From contig NIVC01001310.1 of NCBI GenBank assembly GCA_002269645.1, positions 62,001-126,000 on the forward strand: a DNA stretch of 64,000 nt, written 5' to 3'. Below, one piece after another: positions 49,820 through 61,000 of this stretch; position 1 is the first letter of the stretch; each line of letters opens with the position of its first letter. Below the pieces are notes generated by a model. It made no database searches, was not told the DNA's origin, and was given only the letters and a program-made list of their open reading frames with translations. The DNA comes from Macrostomum lignano. Its lineage: Eukaryota. Both the position numbers and the translations under genes were made by a program.

Positions 49820-50690
49820 AGAGAGGGGAGATGGAGAGGGAGATAGAGATGGGGAGATGGAGACTGGAGAGGGAGATAGAGATGGGGAGATGGAGAGGGA
49901 GATAGAGATGGGGAGATGGAGAGGGAGATAGAGATGGGGAGATGGAAAGGGAGATGGAAAGGGAGATAGAGATGGGGAGATGGAGAGGGAGATAGAGATG
50001 GGGAGATGGAGAGGGAGATAGAGATGGGGAGATGGAGAGGGAGATAGAGATGGGGAGATGGAAAGGGAGATAGAGATGGGGAGATGGAGAGGGAGATAGA
50101 GATGGGGAGATGGAGAGGGAGATAGAGATGGGGAGATGGAGACTGGAGAGGGAGATAGAGATGGGGAGATGGAGAGGGAGATAGAGATGGCGAGATGGAG
50201 AGGTAGATAGAGATGGGGAGATAGAGATGGGGAGATGGAGAGGGAGATAGAGATGGGGAGATGGAGAGGGAGATAGAGATGGGGAGATGGAGACTGGAGA
50301 GGGAGATAGAGATGGGGAGATGGAGAGGGAGATAGAGATGGCGAGATGGAGAGGTAGATAGAGATGGGGAGATAGAGATGGGGAGATGGAGAGGGAGATA
50401 GAGATGGGGAGATGGAAAGGGAGATGGAAAGGGAGATAGAGATGGGGAGATGGAGAGGGAGATAGAGATGGGGAGATGGGGAGGGAGATAGAGATGGGGA
50501 GATGGAAAGGGAGATAGAGATGGGGAGATGGAAAGGGAGATAGAGATGGGGAGATGGAAAGGGAGATAGAGATGGGGAGATGGAGAGGGAGATAGAGATG
50601 GGGAGATGGGGAGGGAGATAGAGATGGGGAGATGGAAAGGGAGATAGAGATGGGGAGATGGAAAGGGAGATAGAGATGGGGAGATGGAGA
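49820..50690. repeat. Polypurine (GAGATGGGGAGATGGAGAGGGA-type) repeat
   Basis: Direct inspection. Confidence 0.95.
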
Positions 50691-51224
50691 TAGATGAAGA
50701 GGCGTGATACAGAGGGAGTCAAAGTATAGGACTATAAAACAGAAAACAATAACGCACTTTACTTACTATTTTCAGTCTATAATTATAAATTCAGCTAATA
50801 AAGTTACAACATTCAATGATTTATTAAGCGCAAAAAACAAACCAACTCCTTGAATAGCGGAGGCCAGGCAGACAGAACACTCATACAAAAATTGCTTTGA
50901 ACATAATTATATATAATAGGCAAAAACGTTAACAAACAGAACGCATTTTTATCATCTTGTAGCCTTGTACAAAATTTTATATTATCGATTTTAATTAAAT
51001 ACGTTAATTCCGCAGTACTTTAAAACGTGTTCGCATCGAATAACAAAGCTTCAAGATGCAACGGAAAGTATTAAATTATTAAATACTAAACTCTATAATC
51101 TAAATTTAAACCCTAAACACATTTTCACTATCGAGCTTAGCCAAAGTCTCAAATTTTTATGCAACTTAATTTATGAATATAAGTGTGTATTACTGTGAGG
51201 TGTTGTGTTAATTTGCTTGGGCGG

Positions 51225-51470
51225 CCCAGCAACTGAGGATCTGGGAGGCTGGCCCAGCAGCTGAGGATCTGGAAGGCTGGCCCAGCAACAGAGGATCTGG
51301 GAGGCTGGCCCAGCAGCTGAGGATCTGGGAGGTTGGCCCAGCAACTGAGAATCTGGGAGGCTGGCCCAGCAACTGAGGATTTGGGAGGCTGGCCCAGCAA
51401 CTGAGGGTCTGGGAGGCTGGCCCAGCAACTGATGATCTGAGAGGCTGGCCCAGCAACTGAGGATCTGGGA
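51225..51470. repeat. Inverted copy of the 28-bp minisatellite seen at 31620-32292
   Basis: (GGCCCAGCAACTGAGGATCTGGGAGGCT)n. Confidence 0.93.
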
Positions 51471-51670
51471 GCATTCTTAACACATATTTATGTTAATCAC
51501 TGAGCCAAAGGCTAAGCACACAGACAATAAGCATAATTTCAACTCCATCGCATAAGTAGTTTTTAGCAAATAAAGAATAAAGAATACAAACCATCATTGC
51601 TAGATTAATTTTGAAAAGTCAAGTCTCCTACGCACGGGGACACAGCACGCAGAGTATGCACTATAATAAA

Positions 51671-54600
51671 TTAGTTGATTCTAATTTTACGATAACTAAG
51701 CATGGCCTCTTGCCGCTTCATGTATTTAGCATAGAACTCGTGACCTTCGGGTATGTAGCCACCGTGCTGGCGCAGAGCGTGCCTGTAGCCTTTCAGGTGC
51801 GCCTCCATCAGGTCTTGGGAGGTAACAGCTATATCGCACACTTCGCACACGAAGCCTTTGCTGCGAACTGCGAATTAAACACAGGGAATTAAAATTGGGG
51901 CATTAAGAGGGGATTGAATTGGGGAATGAAAGTAAGTTAAGATAAAATTTAATTGTTCGCTTCGCGTCCAAGAGCTGGTCTACCAATATTTCAAAGACTC
52001 AGTTCTAGGATAGTTGGAAGCCGAAAGCTAATCTTGTCCTCAAGCGAACCCTTGCTGTCACTTAGAAGTTTATAACAGCGAGGGAATTAGGAAGGACATT
52101 GACAACCAAATTGAGTAGTTTTAGCCTTAGAACTATCGAAAATTATGACATGTTTCCAATCAAAGACAAATGAGAGATAGCGGTAACCATTGAAGGACAG
52201 GTGGGAGACAGCGGCAACCATTGAAGGACAGGTGGGAGACAGCGGCAACTACTGAGGACAGGTGGGAGACAGCGGCAACCACTGAAGGACAGGTGGGAGA
52301 CAGCGGCAACTACTGAAGGACAGCAGTTATGAGAGTTGAAAAAGTGAATACGAATTTCAATTCAGATGTTCGCTTCGCGTCCAAGAGCTGGTCTACCAAT
52401 ATTTATAAAGACTCAGTTCTAGGATAGTTGGAAGCCGAAAGCTAATCTTGTCCTCAAGCGAACCCTTGCTGTCACTTAGGAGTTTATAACAGCGAGGGAA
52501 TTAGGAAGGACATTGACAATCAGGTTGAGTAGATTAAGCCTTTGAAAAATGGAAAGTTATGACACGACTCCAATTAAGGCTTACACTGAAACAAGCCTTG
52601 ATACAGTATTATACAGTATTACAGCCTTGATTCAGTACTATACTGGAACAATAGTACATCACTACTAGTAGTAGCAGGTAACATTCCAACATTGTGTATG
52701 TTTGCTTCGCGTCCAAGAACTGGCCTACTGATCGCACATCAAGATCCAGTTCTAGGATAGTTGGAAGCCTAAATCTAATTTTGTCCTCAAGCGAACCCTT
52801 GCTGTCAATTGGAGTTCCCATAGCAGCAAGGGAATTAGGAAGGACTGAGGTTCCTGCATGCACTCCTGTCAAAGTCCAAGACCTATATGTGGGAAACTAC
52901 ATAAAACTGAACAGGAAGACCGTTACCCTCCACTGACACTGATACAGATTGGAATAATTACCCTCCACTGACACTAATACAGATTGGAATAATTACCCTC
53001 CACTGACACTGATACAGATTGGAATAATTACCCTCCACTGACACTGATACAGATTGGAATAATTACCCTCCACTGACACTGATACAGATTGGAATAATTA
53101 CCCTCCACTGACACCGATACAGATTGGAATAATTACCCTCCACTAACACTGATACAGATTGGAATAATTACCCTCCACTGACACTGATATAGATTGGAAT
53201 AATTACCCTCCACTGACAGCGATACAGATTGGAATAATTACCCTCCACTGACACCGATATAGATTGGAATAATTACCCTCCACTGACACCGATACAGATT
53301 GGAATAATTACCCTATATAAACTAATAATTAAACTTTCTTTTGTAGTTAGACTACAAGTATTTCCTTTAACTAAAGAGCTCAGAGCAAGAAGTTAAAATT
53401 AAATCAAGATATTTCAATGTTCGCTTCGCGTCCAAGAGCTGGTCTACCATTCAATCATAAAGACTCAGTTCTAGGATAGTTGGAAGCCTGTTAAATATAA
53501 TCTTGTCCTCAAGCGAACCCTTGCTGTCACTTAGGAGTTTATAACAGCGAGAGAATTAGGAAGGACATTGACAACCAAATTGAGTAGTTTTAGCCTTAGA
53601 ATTATTATTAAAAGTGATGACACGTTTCCAAAGAGGACAGGTGGGAGACAGCGGCAACTACTGAAGGACAGATAAGAGACAGCGGCAACCACAGTAAGAG
53701 ACAGCGGCAACCACTGGAGGACAGGTGGTAGTGGCAACCACTGGACAGGTGGTAAAGAGTGGCAACCACTGAAGGACAGGTGGGAGACAACGGCAACTAC
53801 TGAAGGACAGATAAGAGACAGCGGCAACTACTGAAGGACAGGTGGGAGACAGCCGGCAACCACTGAAGGACAGGTGGGAGACAGCCGGCAACCACTGAAG
53901 GACAGGTGGGAGACAGCCGGCAACCACTGAAGGACAGGTGGGAGACAGCCGGCAACTACTGAAGGACAGGTGGGAGACAGCCGGCAACCACTGAAGGACA
54001 GGTGGGAGACAGCCGGCAACCACTGAAGGACAGGTGGGAGACAGCCGGCAACTACTGAAGGACAGGTGGGAGACAACGGCAACTACTGAAGGACAGGTGG
54101 GAGACAACGGCAACTACCGAAGGACACTCAATTTCAATTCAGATGTTCGCTTCGCGTCCAAGAGCTGGTCTACCAATATTTATAAAGACTCAGTTCTAGG
54201 ATAGTTGGAAGCCGAAAGCTAATCTTGTCCTCAAGCGAACCCTTGCTGTCACTTAGAGATTATACTAACAGCAAGGGAATTAGGAAGTACGAACGCTCTG
54301 ATGTACATATTTTAAATACATAAACAATGTTTGCTCCGCGTCCAAGAGCTGGTCTACCAATGAGTCATTAGACCCAGTTCTAGGATAGTTGGAAGCCTTT
54401 AAACTATAATCTTGTCCTCAAGCGAACCCTTGCTGTCAATTAAAAAAGAGTTTTATAAACAGCAATGGCATTAGGAAGGACAGGATGAAGAAAGCAGTGT
54501 CGGTAATTATTCGAATCTATAACGACATTAAATTACCTTTTTTGAATTGTAATTTTAATGTTGTTTTCCCAAAGCTCCGGGAATTGTTGAGGAGCTGAGG

Positions 54601-56426
54601 CCAACAACTGCAAATACGGAGCATTATTAGATATATATATAAGAAATTATGCTAAATAAGTTCAATGCACTGCACCACTCACTCTGGTCGCGTTGAAGCT
54701 TTTGAAAGGCCATCCGGTGAGCTTTAGAATTGAAATGCAACTCGGCCTCTTTGAACGCGTCGAAATCTGCATTGCAAACTGAGCAACGCATTTGGTATTG
54801 TTTGAGCAGTTTTTTAATCAATTGTTCTTTAGTTAGGCTGCTCAGATATTGCTCTATTGACTGCACAGTGACTGCCTGTTGCTGGGTGCCATTCTGTGCA
54901 TCAGCTGTAGCAGCAGTTTCGTCAGCAGCCGATGATGATGAGGCTTCAGTGGCACCGCCGGGAGGCTGCAGTGAGGATAGGAGAAATTTATGATCGGTAG
55001 TTCAACTGAACAGCCGTACGCAGCCTTCAGACGCGCCGCGCAATAGCTGGTTTGTTTAATTTTGATCAATACCTGATGTCTGACAGGTCACACCTGATGT
55101 CTGACAAGTCACACCTGATGTCTGACAGGTCACACCTGATGTCTGACAAGTCACACCTGCATACCTGACAGGTCATACCTGATATCTGACAGGTCACACC
55201 TGCATATCTGACGGGTCATACCTGCATGTCTGACAGGTCACACCTGATGTCTGACAGGTCACATCTGCATATCTGACAGGTCACACCTGATGTCTGACAG
55301 GTCACATCTGCATATCTGACAGGTCACACCTGCATATCTGACAAGTCACACCTGACATCTGACAGGTCTCACCTGACATCTGAAAGGTGTCACCGCTGCA
55401 TACATGACAGGTCACCTGATATCTGACAGGTCGTACCTGACATCTGACAAGTCACACCTGCATATCTGACAGGTCACACCTGACATCTGACAAGTCACAC
55501 CTGGATATCTGACAGGTCACACCTGACATTTGACAAGTCACACCTGCATATCTGACAGGTCACATCTGATATCTGACAAGTCACACCTGCATATCTGACA
55601 GGTCACACCTGATATCTGTCAGGTCACATCTGATATCTGACAAGTCACACCTGCATATCTGACAGGTCACACCTGATATCTGTCAGGTCACATCTGATAT
55701 CTGACAGGTCACACCTGACATTTGACAAGTCACACCTGCATATCTGACAGGTCACATCTGATATCTGACAAGTCACACCTGCATATCTGACAGGTCACAT
55801 CTGATATCTGACAAGTCACACCTGCATATCTGACAGGTCACACCTGACATTTGACAAGTCACACCTGCATATCTGACAGGTCACATCTGATATCTGACAA
55901 GTCACACCTGCATATCTGACAGGTCACACCTGATATCTGTCAGGTCACATCTGATATCTGACAGGTCACACCTGCATATCTGACAGGTCACACCTGATAT
56001 CTGTCAGGTCACATCTGATATCTGACAGGTCACACCTGATATCTGATAAGTCACATCTACATATCTGATAAATTAAAACACAAAATCTAAAAAATACTAC
56101 CGTAAAGTTAACAATAAACTAAAGCTACATAGCTAATTACACGGTAATAAAAGTCTGCACTCACCTTATCCTTATCCGCGGCACTCTCCGCTGCGTCCAA
56201 TCGATAGATGCCAGGTGGTAGAGCAGAATTTCCAGTTGGCGATTTCTTAGCACCGCTGCCGCCTCGGTTGAGCGCCCCAGCAGCAGCTTTGCGATGCTTG
56301 ACCCCGGCCCGATGCGATTTCATGAGCTCCGGGTGCAGTGTTAAATTGCAAATGTCGCAGTACACTTCCGGGTCTTTCGCTTCGCTTAGTTCGCGGAATT
56401 TCTGCTCCTTTTCCTTCTTGAGGTGC
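51671..56426 (-). CDS. Matrin/U1-type C2H2 zinc-finger protein (ZNF385/ZNF346/ZMAT-like), 5'-incomplete; exons 56426-56165, 54965-54683, 51867-51671
   Basis: Three fingers: CDICNLTLHPELMKSHRAGVKH, CSVCNADFDAFKEAELHFNSKAH, CEVCDIAVTSQDLMEAHLKGYRH. GT-AG junctions are phase-compatible and the stop is at 51671. Upstream exon(s) were not found in the window. Confidence 0.85.
51951..52098 (-). ncRNA. Box H/ACA snoRNA, copy 1 of 6
   Basis: Minus strand reads hairpin (TGTCCT/AGGACA lower stem, pocket, upper stem) - H box AGATTA - hairpin (GCTTC/GAAGC) - ACA+3 nt. Intronic and sense to the host gene. Confidence 0.85.
52364..52512 (-). ncRNA. Box H/ACA snoRNA, copy 2 of 6
   Basis: Same architecture, H box AGATTA, ACA at 52367-69. 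Confidence 0.85.
52696..52846 (-). ncRNA. Box H/ACA snoRNA, copy 3 of 6
   Basis: H box AAATTA, ACA at 52699-701, pairing-restoring changes in the upper stem of hairpin 2. Confidence 0.8.
52922..53315. repeat. 35-bp minisatellite between snoRNA copies 3 and 4
   Basis: (TACCCTCCACTGACACTGATACAGATTGGAATAAT)n, about 11 units. Confidence 0.95.
53415..53567 (-). ncRNA. Box H/ACA snoRNA, copy 4 of 6
   Basis: H box AGATTA, ACA at 53418-20. Confidence 0.85.
53635..54125. repeat. 31/32-bp minisatellite (GAAGGACAGGTGGGAGACAGCGGCAACTACT)n; shorter sister array at 52190-52322
   Basis: Direct inspection. Confidence 0.93.
54141..54291 (-). ncRNA. Box H/ACA snoRNA, copy 5 of 6 (5' lower stem degraded)
   Basis: H box and ACA are intact; the 5' end reads GTACTTCC instead of TGTCCTTCC. 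Confidence 0.7.
54325..54482 (-). ncRNA. Box H/ACA snoRNA, copy 6 of 6
   Basis: H box AGATTA, ACA at 54328-30, G-U-preserving change in the lower stem of hairpin 2 (GCTTC/GGAGC). Confidence 0.8.
55073..56070. repeat. 21/22-bp palindromic minisatellite (CTGACAGGTCACACCTGATAT)n, zinc-finger gene intron
   Basis: About 46 units, each containing the CAGGT-CAC-ACCTG inverted repeat or a variant. Confidence 0.95.
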
Positions 56427-56663
56427 CTGGCAAGCGAAAATACATAAGCAATTGAAAGTTCCATTTAAAACAAAAGAGTAGGGGTGTAGAGTGTTCTACC
56501 TCCCGTTAAAAAAGGAAAAAAGAAGATAATCGTATAATACTACTATAAGTAAGTAAGTACACGCATGTGCGCCTAAGCTTTGAATGAATCACGCTACCAG
56601 AAAAAGATGTTACCAGAATAATACGCCATGAGCCATTTTCCCCTTTTAGCGCAACACGTGAAT

Positions 56664-57348
56664 TGTCATGATACTATTTTGGATCAAAAACTTGTCTATA
56701 AATACAAGCGATCTGAAGCGGTACCGGAGCCATTCTCCCCACGGAAGAGGAGCGCTCCGAAGAGGAAGCCTTAGGAGGACTTCCTGATCTACCAAGTCAA
56801 TCGAGACTCGGTCGAGTTGTTGCGGTAAGCCTTCCTTATTTGCGCCCGTTGTGTTAGAGACGTCTCGCTCAAGTCTATTGAGACTTGAGTCTAATTGAGT
56901 CTGTTGAGACTCTTGAGTCTGTTTAGACTCCATTGGTTGCAGTCTCCAGAAGGACTGCCCCTGATAGATCTTAGAGGACTATCAGTGGTTTCCGGAGCTA
57001 TACCTAGAGTGCATAGAGGCACTGCTAGAAGAAGGAGGCTTAATTTAGACCGCAGTTTGGCGCAGGGTACCCATTGTTGCTACGAGGCCTCTGATTGGTC
57101 CTGACGGAAGATACCGGCCGGAAGAACTTATCGGAAGTACAAGAGGAACCAGGACCAGAGCAACTGAAGAATCAAGGCGCCTGATCTACGAGATCTACTG
57201 ACAAGTTCCTAGCGAGAACTACTCAAGAAATTCAAATCCGGATTAAAGGTAATTGAATACCTTCGTTTGACTTACTGGGTTGCCTAGCTGTTGAGCTAGA
57301 AGTGATTGTTCCTTGATTATCGAAAGTCGGGTAATAAGGAACACATCA
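56664..57348 (+). repeat. Candidate 5' LTR of the Gypsy element
   Basis: Starts TGTCATG (56664) and ends ...CATCA, 2 nt before a TGGTGATCTCG PBS-like tract (57351, loosely tRNA-Trp-like). The 3' LTR is outside the window, so the ends are unverified. Confidence 0.45.
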
Positions 57349-58064
57349 ATTGGTGATCTCGCCCTCTCGGCACTACTCAAACCTTGAGCAATAGCCTGGC
57401 CAAGCTATTGTAAAGTGACGACAGAGCGACTTCATTAATTTTGCGCGCACGTGTTAGAGTTAACACTTTTTAAGTCCGTTACGTTTTGAAACTCGAGTAA
57501 AATTTGGTGTACAGGTTTGAGCACCTGTCAAATTTGAGTACAGTTTGAGCACGCGTGTTAAAATTTTGTTTTGACGAGCTCGAGCAAGTGTGAGTTTAAA
57601 ACAAAACCGAAATTAACTTCGTCGGTACACTGAAAACAAACCAAAAATAAAAAGAATCGTCGACGCAAAACAAACAAAAAATAACTGAAACATTTTGCCG
57701 GCACAAAAACTAAAACAAAACCGAAATTAATTGAAACTTCGTGGAGAGCAGAGTTAATTGACAAAAGAGAGAGAGTCAAAGAAGAGAAGAAAGACTTTGC
57801 AAAGCAAGAAGACAAGTCCACTTCAACTTGAAGATACACTTTGCGGGACGCCGCATAAGTGCGAAATCAGCAAGCGAACAGAACAAGTTCATTTGAGGAC
57901 AACCAGTGGCAGCAAGCCACACCGCATCCGAGGCCAGCGAATAACAAATCGACACCACAAGGCAATTCGTTACAGTCGAGGTTTATTCCGAGGCAAACAC
58001 CACACTGGACGATCCGTTACAAATCGATCCAGATCTTGAACTACCGTTCTACCCTATCAACAAC

Positions 58065-61000
58065 ATGGCGCGGCGCAATCCAACGGTACACAGAGACATC
58101 AAAGAAACGGTCGGTACTTTCTCGATGGAGAAAGATTTTAACACATTTGTCGACCATTTTGACCTGGTATGTAGGGAATACAACCTACAAAATCCAGAGA
58201 AGGCACAGCTGCTGCCACCTCTTCTCCAAGGTACTGCGCGAGAAATTTACGGCAAGCTGGATGCGGCAACACAGCAAAATTATCCAGCACTAATCATTCA
58301 ACTGCGCGCGCATTTCAACCGTTGCGGCACAAACAGATCAGTGCTGCTGCACAAGTTGCATAACAGAAGGATGCAAGCAACAGAATCCTTCCTCGCCTTT
58401 GTGGACGATATCCGCCAGATAATTAAGGCACTGCATCAGCCACCGCTGCAAGCTGCGGACCAACCACCACTGGGAGCGGCAGAATTGGCCGCCAGAGAAA
58501 GACAACGATTGATGGATCGTGAACAAAACCTCATCCTGCACGTAATAAACAACGCACAGCCGTCACTTCGGGATAGACTTTTGCGTGAAAATATCGAAAC
58601 CGAAGAAGACCTTTTGCGTTGCGGAATGCAATGGGAAGCCAGTGCCCCATTAATGACGACAGGCAACAATGAAGTGCAGAAACTGACGCAGCAACTAAAC
58701 AAGTTAATGCAGCACCAGACAGCTGCTATCGCCGAACAAAAAAGACGAAATGAACAAGCCTCAGCCAGATGTTACTACTGCGGACAAGAAGGACATTATC
58801 AGATTAATTGTCCTCATTGGTCAACAAGATACGACAAGCCGCGACAGATATTCAACAATCAGAAGCCGCAGAAACCATGGCAGCACTATCAAAATCGCCA
58901 ACAACAAGGAATGAGACGCTTCGGAAATGATAGACGCTTCGGAAATAATGACCGCTCCGGAAATGATGGCCGCTTCGGAAACGAAGGCCGCTTCAGAAGT
59001 AATGGCTACAGGCCACGCAACGTCAGATACACACAAAGACAGCCGACGCAAGCAATGCCACGATACGCGAATGCCATCACGTACACACCGGAAAATGAAC
59101 AGCAAGAACAGCAAGTGTTCACAATTGACGACTTGGAAATGGACTTCACAGTCCCGGAACTTGACATCAGCTTGATCGAAAAGAAGACGACGCACGAGGA
59201 CAACACTGACAACACAGAAGAGACGAATGAAACCGAAATGATCAAATTAAAAGAGACCACCGGAGACAGCAGAGAAAACAGGAAGAAAGTAAATCACAAG
59301 ACAAGGGAGGAGGCGGAGAGCGACATCGGCAACGAAGAAAAGATGAAAACCGGCGAAGAAAACAACTATGAATCGACAACAGTGGATGACGACAAAACGA
59401 GCATGAAAGACAAAGAAATGAAAGAAGAAGAAGAATGTAGAAGTTACGGCAACGACCACGACTGCGAGGTGCGTGATGACACGAACGACTACCAAGCCGA
59501 AAGAGGAATGCAGGAAGAACCGAGAGCGGAGAATCTAAGTTCCGACAGCGATCAAGGCTACGAAATACAATGGAAAGATGAAGAAATGGAAAAAGAACAG
59601 GTGAAAGAAAAGCCGAGTTCCGACAGCGACGAATGCTACGAGATCCGATACAAACGAAATGGTGAAGCCTATATTCAAACGGTCGACTACAAGACAGAGA
59701 AAAGATACCAAACGCAATGGAGTGAAACAACGGAAACATCGGAAGAAGCCGCAGACGAAGATAATGAAATAACCAAAAAGCAAAGCGAATCAGAAGCCTT
59801 CCGCCTGGATCAGCCAATGGAACAACCGAAAGAATATGATGCGGACATGGAAGATAACGAATGGCGATCGCAGCCAATGCCAGCAAGGACAACGGCAAAA
59901 TCCAAGAAGTGGAAAAACTGGCTATTCTGGATCATCGTGATACTACTGATAGCAGTAGTCGCCAAAGCAACGGCAACGGAAAAGCCAATGATTTGTCCAA
60001 CGGATGCGCATATCCAACCGATGATCTACAAGATACCAACCGACATCAAATGCAGTTACTTCAAGACAAACCAGACAAAACCAAAGAAGATTACACTCGA
60101 TCTCTACAAGGCTAACATCAAGAAGCATCGACAACACGGGATAGTATGCTTCAGAGACAAGCACCTGGTGGAAAAAGTTTGGCGCGGACAATGGAACCGG
60201 ATCCGATTTAAACAACATGAGCTACATGTGTCGCACGCGGAATGCCTACAATGGAATCAAACACTATTTTCAAAGGATGGTGAACTGGAACCAGATGAGA
60301 AGGTCGGCAACGCACAGCTGTTCAGAACAAAGAATTCAGCCAACGGTCGATATATTCACTTCTTCGGAAAATGGAAAGAATATATGGCACGCAACAGCTA
60401 CTTGATCAGAAATATTCCATTCTACTACAATCCGTACGAGAAAATGGAATCGTTACAGCTGCAACTAAGCGAATGTCGATACAGTGAAGGATGGTGTCCA
60501 ACGCCGATTCTACGGAAGGAAGAACTACACAGTCTACCACTGAGTCCAACATATCATCAAGACTATCGATGGCAGATTGAGCACAGAGCACAATCACACT
60601 ATGAGGAACCGTACAAATCACGACAATACTTCTTCGCGTGGGAAGTTGAGCCGGAAATTGACTGCAAGCTTCAAAAGTATCACACAGTTGAAGGAGGACT
60701 ACTGTCAAATACGTTTTTGGCAAAGTCAGGAGACTTGGCACTGACGTTTCAAAAGAAACCAGTCGAGCAAAAACTGAAATGCAAGGATACAGACAAGACA
60801 CTATTCATCTCGGAACAAGAGATACCAGTCTACGTAAAGGATGAAGACAAACAAACCTTCTTGGCAATCATCAATGGAACGTATCAGCAACAAGAAAAAC
60901 AGAATAGAAGACGACGTGACATCGAACGTCCCAAACTGGTGTCAAACCGGCTGTTGTCAGCAAAGATAACGGCTTTGGATCACAATCTACACAACCAGTT

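Noticed and set aside
51951-54482. Plus-strand pseudoknotted ribozyme (group I/HDV-like) or CRISPR-like reading of the repeated 150-nt motif
   Set aside because: Catalytic consensus residues are absent and there are no cas genes. The minus strand gives conserved H and ACA boxes, 14-nt pocket spacing, an rRNA-complementary guide and host-sense orientation.
57758-58293. Short ORFs overlapping the Gypsy leader as an accessory gene
   Set aside because: Non-ATG starts, low complexity and no motif; more likely 5' leader sequence.
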